From Setoptus koraiensis (taxonomy: Eukaryota; Animalia; Arthropoda), in contig CM106585.1 in the NCBI GenBank assembly GCA_048013815.1, forward strand, positions 19,468,001-19,532,000: a stretch of DNA of 64,000 nt, given 5' to 3'. The notes beneath the pieces were generated by a model. It made no database searches. It saw only the letters and a program-made list of their open reading frames with translations, and was not told where the DNA came from. Made by a program: the position numbers and the translations under genes. Shown piece after piece: positions 12,906-26,640 of the stretch (its first letter is position 1; each line of letters starts with the position of its first letter).

Positions 12906-15339
12906 ACTGGATAGTAAAGGCTAGCGATTGGACGTAGAAAATCGTAACCAATCGTTCACCCATCACTGAATCACTTTGATTATTGCGTTAATTTCATATC
13001 TAATCAGCATAAATCGAAGAGAGGCCGTCTAAAGCCAAATAATCTGTTCAGACTTTATGAAGTGTTGATTTTGTACGGATTCGCTCAGTTTTAATCCCTC
13101 TAGATTATTCGAATAACAAGTTTTTTTTTCAAGTTGTTTTTTGAAATCAGCAAATTTCGATCATTGCATCAATTCTGATCGCAACGCCCACACAACATGT
13201 ATTTGTGTATTTCTTGATCATTTATTATCTGAGCTCATTTCCATTTCGTTGTGTCTACTGTGTTGATCTGTCATCTAACAACCATCTAGGCTCATGATGA
13301 TTCATTAAGAGTTGCCTCAATTGAGTTGGCATCAATTTGTCAGTTGTAATTTATGTATGAATTCAGTTTGAAACTGGATCGCGGGATAAGTTCGCCGAGC
13401 CACGAAGGCCGATCGCTAGAGAACAATGCTCGACAGTGAAAAAAGATAAAGATGTCGACAGTGATCTTATCGGATGAACATCGGACAACAAACTTGAATT
13501 TGCTGCTACAGTGAATAAAATGCCAGAAAAAAAAATTAGTGATAGTTGTCTGCAAGGGACACAGTTGGCCAAAGCAGCGCTGGCCAACTGAAAACACAAA
13601 CGCATGCGACCGAGAGAATTCGAGTATCAAATCGAGCCAGCTTTGATTTATTCAATGACGAATTCATCTGAATGAATTGTCTGGGTGAATTGTTTCTTAC
13701 GACTCAAGCAAGCGCAGCTATTGCCGCATTCTCGGAATGTTTTTCCACTGGCTTTAGTTTTAGTGACAACTGGATATATATGTATTGCCGGGTGCAATCC
13801 CGCGGGATCAGCAATGGGCGACTTGAGTCGAATGGCATGAATGTTTTGTCAGCATTACATAACATTACACTCATACTCTGTCGCTCCGGCCACCTAACTG
13901 TTATGTAATGCCGTCTAGATATGATTGTGATACATGGGATTCGTGCAAGCAGGGATGGGGTGAGCGAGATACATTAGACTTGGTGTATTTGAGTCGGAGA
14001 ACAGTCATTTTACTCATTCATAACTTTGTTTGTTGTTTGCGTAGTTGTTCGATGCTTTTCGTCGTTGTTCCGCAGTTGGCGTTCGTTGTTGCTGATCGCG
14101 GGTGGGTGGGTGGAAAATGAAACTTTCACTGATACAACTCTCTAGGCGCCCCACTAATGGTTGTGACGCAAATGCTGTGTCTGGCAAGTGCGAAAACGAC
14201 CGAAAATAAAATCGCAACAAACCGACGAGCATGATTCTCCTCTCGCGACCTCGTATTGTTTTCCGTCGTTCTTCGCTTGCTTGTTGGTGGCAAAAGGAAT
14301 TGATTTGTCACGCTTGGTCAGTCGCTTGCTGCGACTACAGAAAACATCTCCTCGCTCAGCAAAGATAAACTCAACTTGTACTAGAGCTTATAATGTTGCA
14401 TTGGGGCCAACAGCGAAGCTAAAATAAAATATTGTTTTATGTGGTAAAACTCATCCCTCGGAAAAAAGAGCTAAGCACCATCCATTAGTAACAGAGTTCT
14501 CGCAGTGGTCGCTAGTGGACGCGATGTGATTTCACTTATTTTATGCGCGACATTGAACACACTTTCAATTCGTAATTTCATGCATAATCAGTTTGTTAGG
14601 CAACGAAATCATCTTTAGATGGTGTGAACGTTTTTTTTTCTTTGCTTCCAATGTCGTCGAACTATGACAATCGACCAAGCAACAAGTCTTGTTTACCCGA
14701 AATTTTCACAAGAAATTCACCGCAACTCTCTTTTTTCTCGCATGAAGAAAAATAGTTTACGTGAGCGAAAAAGTTTAAAAGCCTATTTATAAGTGACAAT
14801 GCAGGATTTTTTTTTCTGAACCAGAATAGTTCTGTAGTTATTTTTTGTCGCTAAATCGTGCCGATCGCTTTGCTTTGGTCTCAATTTTCGAACCAAATAT
14901 AGCAACAAACATAAAGAGAGAGAGTTTCCACAACAACAAACCAGTCTATTTTGATTTACCCTAGTCGACTTTTCTCGAATATATCTGCCCGGGCCGGCGT
15001 GCAATACGTGAAAAAAAAAGTCACGAATGTCACAATTAGACATCCATACACGTAAGCACTGAGTATTGTCGACGACTGAATGACAGAATAATGTTATTTG
15101 ACCACAACGAAACCTGCGAATGAGTGACCATTTTTTCATTATCACTTTGCGTTTCAGAAGTGCCCAAAATAGCATTGGCTCGCAATGCGATGTGAATGCA
15201 ATGCGATCTTCGCAAAAAAACACTCTACCTTGGTCGACCAAGTCGGCCTTTTGTGAGGTGAACTTTAAAGTTGCGTAATACGTGTTGTTTACTCCAACAC
15301 TTTAGCTGGTAACAGCCGCTTACAACAATAATCTTGTAG

Positions 15340-15462
15340 CACAAAAATGAACGAATCGAGACCGAACTGGAACTGTCCATTGATTTCGATTCTGCTCTGG
15401 CCCCGAATGACGACATAACTCAATCCGAAATAAGAACTCAAGCGAGCGTTCACAAATTTGAG
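15340..15462 (+). other. Possible symmetric phase-0 exon (HKNERIETELELSIDFDSALAPNDDITQSEIRTQASVHKFE)
   Basis: Bounded by TTGTAG acceptor and GAG|GTATAT donor; 123 nt, open frame, protein-like composition; no family recognised. Confidence 0.2.
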
Positions 15463-17637
15463 GTATATGTGGCCCGAACTATCTGTTCGTCCCAACAGTC
15501 CCAACAGTCCCAACAGACCGACAGCAGACAATCGTCACAACAAAGAGGCCAACTGAGACTGACTGGACAACAGCTCGATGTGTGGCCGCATTGGATGGCC
15601 ATAATGGAAGCGCTTAATCTAATGAAAAGCATCAGGGAGAGCGCGAAAATGCCATCAACAAGATATCCGTGTCAATAGAGCTACGAACACAATTGCGCGG
15701 GCCAGTGACCAACCATAACAGGAAGTAAAAAGTCCAAACATTCCTATTAAAGTTCCTCTAGACGATGTACGCTTAAGCTTGTGGCAACAAATAAGGTTTT
15801 TGACCAATTTTGTTCACTTTTCAAACTGTCTACACTCGTGTTCATACACTGCAATTACGAAGATCTGAGTGGGTTTTTCGGAGGCAGCATCAAGAGGAAA
15901 TATCATGGTTTCGTCTACTTGAATTTTTTTTCCTGACCCACTCTTTTTCCCAAGCCACTCCGATGGCGAGTATCATCCCTGACAGACAGACATTATGCAT
16001 CTCTCAGTAGTCATTTACAAATAAGGAGGCCCCTCCGAACGACGGCTCTGCATACAGAGCAGCTCAAAAAAAGAAGAAAAAAAAACTTGCGACACGAAAA
16101 ACTGCAGATGATAGATGGGTATCAATTTGGCGCTGGCATGTTGTAGTTGAAAAGCATACAATCATCAGATATTGCTCTTGCGTGTTTGCGCCACATACAT
16201 TGTGGTGCGGATAATATCGAAAGCGGAAAACTCTTCTTTTATCTTCTCGTTAGACTTTTCTTTTGGCAACCAACACTTACAGTTGGCTGATATTTTTTCT
16301 ATCGTGTTTCAGCATGTTGTTTGTCGCAGACAGACGACAACCAGCTAGCTGTGTCCCCTTAAATGTTCGTGACCTGAAAAATTCTTCGTGGCGGCATGAA
16401 ACTTGCTTGAAAATTGGCAAGAGGAAGTAGGCATTGGTGAGGGCTTGTGTGAGTGAGTGCCGTCTGAACATTTCGTTCATTTATGCAGCTACCGATTCAT
16501 CAGTCAGTGATTTTATTTGACTTTTCATGCTCTTTTCAACTGTTCTACGAATTCGAAATTAACAACATTGACAGTCCATTCCGTGAGCCGTCAATCCTCC
16601 GGTGATTCTTCCCAGAACTTGGCGCTCTTACTTGAAGCATGCGCATACTTCCGAGTGAGAAATTTCGACAACATCTACATGTGCCAGAAGCCATAGGTGA
16701 CTTGTTGTGTCTGATGAGCCACAAAGGAGAGTTGTCTCAGTGAAAATCAGTTTTCACTTTGACAACAGAGTGATGCTTTCTGGCAGCAGCCACACAAAAA
16801 AGGTGCCGGAATGTTTGTTTGTTTTTGTTCGAATTCAAGCCGAAAAGTTGGTTTTTTTTTTATAAAATTCAAGTCGAAAATCACTAAAGATTAGCTTATC
16901 AATGTGCGTCACAAGGGAATAACAGAGAAAAAAAGACGTTCGTTTTCTTGTTGTTAATCGTCAAAAACAGTTCGAACTTTTGAGCGAAAGTCAAGGCGAA
17001 ATGTCAGCCGCGGACATATCGGACATTTTAGGGTCAAAACAGAGGCCCCAAAAAATGACGGACAATCCTGGCCAGATTGTCCGGAATGTTCGGCCAGCGG
17101 ACGACATTCACCGAGAACTGAGTTCACAGAGAATAATGATAAATAAATCAGCCAAGTCCGAATTTGCAATGAGGCTCGCTGTTTGCCGTTATAGGGGAAA
17201 GGGGGCAAGAAGCCATGGTGGATCGCCGCTGTCTTGGTGAGCTTAGTGGCGCCACCAAGACAATGGCAGCCAAACTAACAATGCAGTGCTGGTGGGGCGG
17301 CTTTTGCTCGGCTTATACACAATTTCATCGACTAATGACAACACCAGTGCCACAGTGTTTGTATCCAAGATATAAGGATATTTGGGTCAATTCGCTGTGG
17401 GCGCCATAAATTTGACTTTATTTGTCTGTTATTCGTACAATAATTATGACAATGTCACTTACCACTGAGCTATTATTGGCACAACTAATAATCCCGTGTC
17501 CACTCTATCGTGACACTTTCTGGCTCGCCGTGGGCGCCTTGTCGCCTTGTCCAACGGGGGCCCGCTGTTCGGCCCCCGTTGGGCCGGATTGATTTCCGTC
17601 GCCACCCCCGCCCCCCAGTGGGTCCGTTCCGAACGGT

Positions 17638-17643
17638 TGTGTG

Positions 17644-17690
<47 letters not shown>

Positions 17691-17692
17691 GC
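17638..17692. repeat. (TG)n microsatellite
   Basis: Direct inspection. Confidence 0.9.
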
Positions 17693-19007
17693 ATGTGGTC
17701 AGGGGACTGTATGGTAATCATTTAAGTGCGTCTAAATTATCGCTATCCATTAAAGTCAAACAATAATAATAAGAGAATAATGCCGGCAATAAGTGATCTA
17801 GATTCTAGAAATCAAGCTCGCCGCCGTTGGCCGCCCAACGGTGAATAATGCAGCGCCCTGCGAAGCCATCCACTGGCGAGCTGGTTGCCAGTTAGCTGAG
17901 AGTCGGCCGAGTTAGCAGCATGACAATAAAATGACATAAAAGTACCCCCAGGCGTCAATAGATTTAGATAAGTTATTGCCCATTGTGCAGCGCGGATAGC
18001 CGGCCATTTCCAATAAAATCCACGAGAATAATAATCTATGCGATAATCCCGTTGAAAGTTTCAAATTGAAACTTTTAATATTGCGCAATTTACACACAGA
18101 GGCACACACACACACACACACAACTTGGGACTTTTCAGCTAAGCGCGTATTGTCACCGGGCCAGTGGACAATATCTTGAGTTGTTGAACTCTGACTTTGG
18201 CTCGATTGAGCTCTCTTTGGGCCCAGCCTTGGCCAGCTTTTGCCGGCACCAGGAAGTTTGTGCCGAGCCGACTGCTGAACCGGACGCCGGGCACCCGGAC
18301 ACTTGTGGTCAAAAAGTTTGACAGCCCGGTCTGGCCAGATGACGGGCCCGAACGGACGGGCGGCTCGATCGATCGCCGTCAGGGCCCCCGCGTCGCTGGC
18401 CAGTTGCATCAGCTGAAGGACAGCTGTCCGTCTAGCGCTCGCGGACAGCGAGTCATAGTGCAAGTCACAATGCAGCTTAAATGAATGCGTTTGTGTGAAT
18501 TGTGCTGAACCGGAATCCTGACAGCACAATAATAACACACACAGTGATAGTGATAATAATAATAATAATAAAATGAGATGAGATGACACTATCTGGGCCG
18601 AGCGATAAAGTCTGGCGGGCATCTGGTTAGCGAGAAATTTTTGCCAGACGCACCATTAGCGAGTCGCACTGTGTGCTGCACAGTCCAGTGGGGTCTTTCG
18701 GTGTGGCCGAGGTCGGCGGGGCCCCGTTTGGGGACACTGACCGCTTGACTGGAGATGCTGGCTGGCCGATGACACTTGTTCGCATGACAAACAATGTGCT
18801 TATTGTGCTGTGACTGGCTGTCTGATTATGTTTATGGTACTTAGCTCGTCGCATGATGGCTCCATCACCCGATGAGCTGCTTCCTCAATACCGTGCCCGT
18901 CATCGGCGTGTCTCCGCAGGCAGAAGCGCAGACGAAATGGACTAAAATAAAATAGGATAAGTAAATACCAATGTGGGCCAGCACGGCGAGTTTTTTCCTT
19001 TATCCGC

Positions 19008-19134
19008 TCTTTCGGCGCTTTTCGGCGCTTTCTCGGCGCTTTTCGGCGCTTTTTCGGCGCTTTTCGGCGCTTTTCGGCGCTTTTCGGCGCTTTTTCGGCG
19101 CTTTTTCGGCACTTTTTCGGCACTTTTTCGGCAC
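19008..19134. repeat. Minisatellite, 10-11-mer (TTTTCGGCGC / TTTTTCGGCAC) x~12
   Basis: Head-to-tail copies with variable T-run length; last copies are a GGCAC variant. Confidence 0.9.
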
Positions 19135-21099
19135 TTTATCGGGGCTCGCTCGCGGCGCCCGAAAAAGGCTCGCTCGCGGCCGGCGCTCCTGGCGACTGTC
19201 TAATTTATTAATCTATTCATCGATCTATTTATCATCCATGAATGAGCAGCTAACACACAGTTGAGCGCAACGAGTTGAACGAGCCCTCGAAGCGAGACAG
19301 GGACGGTGAGAGTGGCAGTGCGAGAGGTATAAATTTAAGTGGCGATACAGATATGACGTGGCGAGCTAGTTTATATATGAATACAAAAAATAAGTTGCGC
19401 CAGCGGCTGGCCGGTTTCGCTAGAATTGAACGCACGAGGAAGTTTCCTCACAAATTGTGTGTCATGAAAGCCAGTTATAATCAATCCGCCGGCCCCGAGT
19501 AGCCACTCTGGCAAATATCATAACAATCAAGTGGGCCCATTTGGGGCAACTTTATTTATACTAAAGTATACTATTTAATGTAGTATTGTGAGTGTGTTGC
19601 ACCATTAGCATCCAGTTCATATTGCGTGTCACTTGCCCATTGCGAAAATGGTGAATTTCCATTATTTAACGTTAAGTATTTTTAGTGCATACGTATGTGC
19701 GGGCCCCATAGTCATGCTTGTGCCATAAATTACTGCACCATAAATAGCGGGCCCAGTGTGCAAATATATAAATGTAAATATAAATATATATATTTATAAG
19801 TGGATGTAGTAAATGGAATAATAATAAGTGGTCAGTTGTTATTATGGGCGCCAGTGGCGCGGTAACGGTTCATATGAACTTTGCGACTGGCCAGCGGGGG
19901 CCAATAGGTTGGCCCCCATTAGTGACAGTCTTGCCCAGATTAAGATGCAAATGGTGCCAAATGGCGCCAAATGGTGGCCAATGGCTAGATTTAGCGGCAC
20001 TGGCGATGATGACCGGGGCCTGCGCGGCCCAAATGACACTTGTGATTCGCAAGTTGTGAATGAAATAAAATGGAGAACGACGCAACAGCATAGAATACAA
20101 TACAATCTGGGTTGCGAATGAGGGGGCCCCCCAGCAGACGCTCGCTGTATGCCGACAGAGTGTGTGGTGGCCATCGATCATGGCTGAATTGCTCTCGTTT
20201 TGCTGGCGTTTTGTTGGTTGGGTCACTAACTAACTTGAGTTGCCGAGTTGCGACCGGCAAGCACTGGCGAGCATTGAGAACTTCTCAATGAGAAGTCGCC
20301 AGAACGCAGCACAGACAAGTTCAAGTTGGTTAGACCGATGGTCGTCGTTTGTTTGCTCGCTTGAAGCGGAACAACAACGACAGCGCCAACAACAACAACA
20401 GCGACAACAACAACGACAGCGCCAACAACAACGACAGCGACAACAACGACAGCGAGCGCGTCAAACGATCGTCGAGTGGAGTCGGTCAAGCTTGAATGAT
20501 ACTTGTGTATTTATATGTGGACACAGCCGCTCGTTTGAAGTGAGACGGGCCCCGCACAGCGGCCCGCTTATCCGTCCGCTCGATCAAGCGATCGCTGTCG
20601 GCCCGACTGAACGCTTGCCTGACCAATGAGGCCAACACGGCAGTGGGGCCCACAACGCAACACAACGCAACACAACGCAACGCAACACTACACAACACTG
20701 CTCAGCACTGCTCAGCACGAGATTAGATGACGTTTGGCCGTTGTTATTGCCATTGGGTGTTGGTGGTCTTAATCGCTTTGCAATTACCTCCCGCTCGCCC
20801 CCAGAGGCTCGGCGAGCGAGTGGGCCGAGGGGCGAGTTTTCTCGAAGGATCGCACAGTGGATAAATAATGGTGAATTGTTTGGCCCCAACAGAGCGCCCG
20901 TTACTGCGAGTATAAACACAAATACTCACACAACACGGCCTCTCGTGAGATACGCGTAGGCAATAAGCAAGTGCGCGTAACCTTGAATTCGGCGAGCCAC
21001 GGCCAACAATGGCCAATAATAATAATATAGCCAACGGTAATATTATGTCACCTATGAATAGTCTAGAATGTCTGCGGTGCGAATGCGCGCCACCACAAT

Positions 21100-21160
21100 A
21101 TCCATATCCATACGATAATATCCATGTCCATACGATAATGTCCATGTCCATACGATAATA
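21100..21160. repeat. Tandem ~20-mer (TCCATGTCCATACGATAATG) x3
   Basis: Direct inspection. Confidence 0.75.
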
Positions 21161-24100
21161 CTACACTCAATAATATCCACCAATATCCACGCTGGCGCGC
21201 CATGAGATGCTCGGCATACATGCACGCGCATGATTGTCTATTGAACAAATTAAATAGACGACTACTTGTTATGTAATGCAGCACGCGGCCCGCTGGCCCC
21301 GTGCGATATGCGCGCCTTGTTTACAAACAAACCGAAACCATTGAATGTCCAATCATTCAAACCGCCGGCCGACGACATGCCATTACACGCGCGCCAGCAA
21401 GACGCATTAAGTCATTACGTAACACACAAGACTTGTTGTTGTGTTGTCATTATTGGCGATTGTAGATTCTGTTTGGGCGTAGAAGCCACCAAACAACGGT
21501 CGGCGGTTGCCTGCGCCAGCCACAAAGATTGCTGATAATTTTCAAGACTTTCTTTCCGTTAGTTTGAGCGCTCGGGGCGCTGTTTGGCCCCGTTCACGCT
21601 CGTGGCGGCCCAATCGCGCCCGTGGCCCCAATCGCCGGCCCAGCAGCCGGGCGGCCCCAATCGCCAGGCGGCCCCAGTGGCTAGGCGGCCCCATCCCGTG
21701 GCTGGTGTAATTGTATGTTGGCTGTGTGGCGCTTGTGTGGCTGGCAAGATGGTGCCATCAGCACAAAGGATCAGCGCAAACTGTGTGATCTTGACCTACT
21801 TCGGGCCCCATTGCGACCCCATTGCTAACGGCCGGGCCGGCCAACCTTGATCACGGGGGCCCATCTTTGCGCAATTGATTTGGGGCCCCGCTTAACCGCA
21901 CTCACCTAGCGCTGTATACCGCAACCGCTGGTAAGCACCGTAAGTGCACTTGTCAAGGCCGCCGGTGGCTTGTGTGTGTGTCGCCTGGCCATGCTGATGG
22001 GGCCCCAAAAGAAAGCGATGCCTGACGCTCGACCCTATTGACTCAATGGCTCGGGGCCGGCCCCAATCGATGGCTTGACCTGCATGCGCGGCTTCGCTCG
22101 GCTCGGCGTACACTGTGCACCCGTGGGCCCCAATCGGCGGCGACGGGTGCACAATGTAGGCGCACCGTCAACCACGCACCACGGGCCCAATCAAAGCGAA
22201 ATGAAATTTCTTCTAGAATCTATTACGAATTAGAATCTAATTGCGGTCTTGCCGGATTCACGCCGCTCTCACAGCGCCATCGCGGATCAATCAATGCGCG
22301 ACATCCCATCCGCTATGAACGCAACACGCCGTATACGTGTGCAATGATAATCATAGTCCGGCGCGGTTTGATTGAACGCTTTTGCAAATTAGTCCGCCGG
22401 GCATATGCGCACGTGACCATATATGCAAATATGTTGTCGGTGTTTTGTTGTTGCACAACGCCGCTGCTGACAACAACGCTGTCACGCGAACCGCAGCCGA
22501 TGACGCATATGACGTAACGCCATTCAATCAGCCAACTAATCTCGCCAATCAGCTGTGTGGGGCCGGCCAAAAGTCATTGAGCTCGCCGGCCAGAACAGAT
22601 CCATTGACCTAGTTTTGTGGGCCGGCGAGTGTTGGTGTTCTGGCAGTCCGTTTGTCGCGAGTCGCGACACAATGGCCGCCAATGGCCGCGGCTGGTGTCG
22701 CGCCACCAGTTTCAAATGCAGCATTTTGGCCATTTCGAGGGCCGGCCACATTTGCCAATTAAATGGGCTAAAATGCCAAACAGTCGACAGTGTGCGTGCG
22801 CCACCGCAGCCAAACAATATATTTAATACCTAATGCGAGATATTAAATATCAATCATATATCACAATTGCCAGCGGGTCACTATAACTGGTCGCCGTTAC
22901 GTCACAATCATCGCCATCGCGTGGCACGTCGCAATGGCGCGCAATAGCGCATCACACCGCTCGCCAAGACAAGTGCCGTTGGTCAGTGTGCACGTGTTAG
23001 CACGTGACACTGACACCTATTGTTTGACAGTGGACAGTGAGTGGGTTTAATTCGTGGAAAGAGAGCGGCGGCCGACAATTGACAATTGAGAACAAGTGGG
23101 CGACACTCACTTCCGGTTGCTGGCTCGGCGCGGCAATTGTCGCGCTTGTGGCGCACACTGTTGTTTACATACAAACTCGTGACGCCTGACACGCTGTTGG
23201 CAGCACAACAAATAGGTGAGCGCGCACACGTGCTGGCAAGCTCGTGCTGGCAAGCTCGTGCTCGCAAACACCGACGGCAAGATCAATTTCTCGGCTGCGT
23301 TTGTTTGTGTGTGCAGTGCAGCACGCGCAAAACAGCTTGAAACAGACGCGCGCCCACTCACCTGCTCAGCGCCAGCTGACCCGCTGACCGGCTGACCATC
23401 TGACAGCCAGATGACAAGTGACACACAAACGCATGACGCAACTTTGACAGGTTCACTTGGGACAAGTCTCAAGTTGAGAGACGCTCTCGCAAGTTGACAC
23501 TCTCAAGGTGACTGAGAGCGCCAACAAACAGCGCCTGTCAGCATGCAAAAGCGAAACTAATTTTCGGCTCATGTCGCTGTAAATGTTGTTACTTACTTGC
23601 AGTTAGGCTGTGTGACGCAACAACTGACAGCTCGTATCTGTCGGCTGTCTGCCGCCGGTTCCCGACGGCAACCGGCCCGACAAACCGGGCTCGCCCCAAC
23701 CGGTCGTGACCATGAACTAAATGTGTCACTAAATTGCCACCTAGAGGCGATGGCGCGCAACACTATGCATGTGATCATCGCACATTGTACTGATGATTGC
23801 ACAACTGCGCCAAGTGGCCGCCACCTATCGCCGATGGTGGCAATTCAATTTGCTGTCAGCAGCGCCGGCTCGGCCGGCCCGAAAGCTTGATTCATTGCAG
23901 CGCCCCGTAACGGGACATTGCCAAAATTGTGTGTGTGTGTGTGCGTGTGTTTGGGGCCGCGAACACGAGCAATAATGGAAGTGCACGGGCATTGTATGGC
24001 TTGCATTATCTGCATTATCCACGGGCAGCCGGCCACAAGCACTCTGGCGGCCGTTACGAGCCGATGTTATGTAACGCTTTGCGCGCCGGGCCTCTCACTG

Positions 24101-26269
24101 CGCCCGCCGGCAGCGACCGGACAGCAAGACAGATGACTGTTTGGGGCCCCTGTTTAAGTGTGCGCTATGTGGCGCAACTGTGCACACGGTGCAGCACGCA
24201 CCGCGCTGGCGAAGATCTCCAGGCGAGCGGGCCCATTCCGGCCAACGGGGCGCCCCGAGTGGCGGCGCCCTCGAACAGCCGCAGCCGCTTGGCCTAGTTT
24301 CGCGGCCGGGTCGCCGGCGGTCGCATTGGCCGGCCAACAAGCCGCCGGCAACCGCTCGCCAGCGCGCTCTATGTGTATCTTTATTTTGTGTGTCACTCCC
24401 GTCGGACGGGCCCGTCCGTGCCGACTCAGGCGACTCCCGAGGCGCCCGGCAAGTCGACTTGTTGTTGTTTCTGCAAAATCCATTCAATCTGTCCGCTTCA
24501 AGCGCCCGCGCCGCGCACACTGCGGCACAGCGGCGTTCGCGCGCTGCGAGACATGGCGGCGTTCGCGCGCGCCCCTAGATGCCTCGCAGCACATCATTAT
24601 GTGCAGCATTTCGGCCACATACGCGCCATTGGCTGCAGTGTGTACGCGCCGCTGTGGGGCCCAGAGCCACGCTCACAAGTGGAGCCGCGTCGCGACTCGC
24701 GCCAACATGCCCAAAGCGCCGGCCGATCCGCTGGCGAATGCGTGTTTATCCTCATACATGCCTTTGGATGCATGTATGGATATATATATATATCCATATA
24801 TGTATGGATAATGCGGATATAGGCGAAATTAACGGGCCCCTGGTCAGCGGCGGCGCCCTAAAACAACATATGTAAACAAGGGGCGACAAATAAAACAAGA
24901 TCAAGGTGACCCCACGGCTGCCAGGGCAACATAAATGTGGCGCGCGCAATGTCATATTTGTTGTTGGCGGTCACTGTGTCGCCAGTGTCGCCACAACGCG
25001 CCAGCCAGCCATAATGTTGCCCCAGCAAAGCTGCCACGTGCTGCCACTCGCTTCCACTTCCTTCAAGGTCGTTCAAATCTTGAGCGCTCGCCAGCGCCCT
25101 TTGCTGGGCACGTCATTGGTGTCATTGGTGGCAAGATAAAAGTCGCTGCTGGTGAAATTTTATTGGCGCGACACTATGGCGACCGATGCCAAACAGCTGA
25201 CTGCCAGCAAACACGGCGGCGTGACGTAACGAGATGAATAATAACCAACTGGCGCCCATGGGTGTGTTCTGTCAGAATGGCCAGTGGCTATTCTGACAGT
25301 GGGCCATGAGATGAGATATACACTTGTTACGAGAGCACAGTCTGACAGTGTGCTGCAGCTCGGCTTGCGACAAGTCGACCGAGTTATTAGGTGAGAGCGC
25401 CGGACGCAAGTATTGAGGTCACTCATTACTTGTCTTGTGGCTGGCGGGGGGGGAGGGGGCCGGCTCACAGCGCCGCCTAGATCGGGCCGCACATTCCGAG
25501 ACTTTTATCGGGGCGCCTCAAAAGCGGGGTGATATGGATCGCGCGCACAAGTCGCTCAGCGCTAATATAGATTAGATTTGGCTTTCACGGCCTCCGCCAG
25601 AGGCGCACCTAATGGGGCCGAATTAACTCAAATCTGGCTGCGCAGCGCAGGCCCGAGATCGAGCTGCATTTCGTGGCTCGTGTGGCGCATTCTCTGCCGA
25701 ACTCTCTGCCGAACTCTCTGCCAAATTCTCCGTCTAGCAAGCCTATCGATAATCTCTCAAAAGTCTCAAACACACACGCACACAAACAAACAACAACGTC
25801 GAGTGTCTTATCTCGTTGCGGCTATCGTCGGCCGGCGCCAACCAGCCCACGGCCAGTCAGCCGGCCAAGCAGCCCACGGCCAGCGCCACTGTCCAGTGGC
25901 GAGGCTGTTGAAACAAATTAGACTTTAATTGGCACGGGGCCGGCCCGCTAATCTCACTAAATGGCCATTTATATCCGGTGACCAGGGTTGCGTCACGGCA
26001 CACTGGCGGCCGCACCGGGCACGCAACCCACAACAAAGGTACTCGGCGCTTTCACCTGTCCCGGGCGCCGCTCGCCATGCTGGCCACGTTTGCGCGCGGA
26101 CCGCGCGAGCCCATTTGGTCTTATCGATCGCAAAGCGTCTTAATCTTATCTAACACGGACAGCTTTCGCCAACAACAACACCCGCGTTTGTCGCCGGCAG
26201 CACCGGCCAACAGTGACATTATCCGGCTCAATGGTAATGGGCGCCACCGCAAACTATCGATATTAACAA

Positions 26270-26640
26270 CAACAACGACGACAACAACAACAACAACAAC
26301 ATTCCGCCAGTGGCGGGCTAAGCGTCGGTTAATGGTTCGGCGGGGCGTGTTTGTTTGTTTGTTTTTTATCGCGCTCTCTGACCCCCGAACCTGCGCAAGC
26401 CCCCGATCGAGGATTACAGCGGGGCCATCCAGCTCGCCGACGTTGTCGTTGCCGTGTCGTTGTTGTGTTGTTGTTGTGTCGTTGTTGTGTTGTTGTTGTG
26501 TTGTTGTTGTTGCCGTGTTGTTGTTGTTGTCGTGTTGTTGTTGTTGTTGTTGTTGTTGTCGTTGTCGTTGTCGTGTTGTTGTTGTTGCGGTGCGATAATT
26601 GACAGCAACAACAACAGCGACGACGACAACAACGACAGCC
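26270..26640. repeat. Alternating (AAC)n / (GTT)n / (AAC)n microsatellite block
   Basis: AAC run ~26270-26300, GTT run ~26440-26587, AAC run ~26601-26636. Confidence 0.85.

Noticed and set aside
17912-18622. 236-aa minus-strand ORF with a signal-peptide-like Leu run and WPRLG
   Set aside because: The Leu run is the translation of a (TAA)n microsatellite, the ORF reads through a (TG)n tract, the GC-rich context favours long chance ORFs, and WPRLG is followed by PKR rather than a clean amidation site; cannot be supported without expression data
24095-24875. Cluster of overlapping 100-217 aa ORFs on both strands
   Set aside because: Very GC-rich tract depleted of stop codons; Arg/Ala/Pro-rich translations with no motifs
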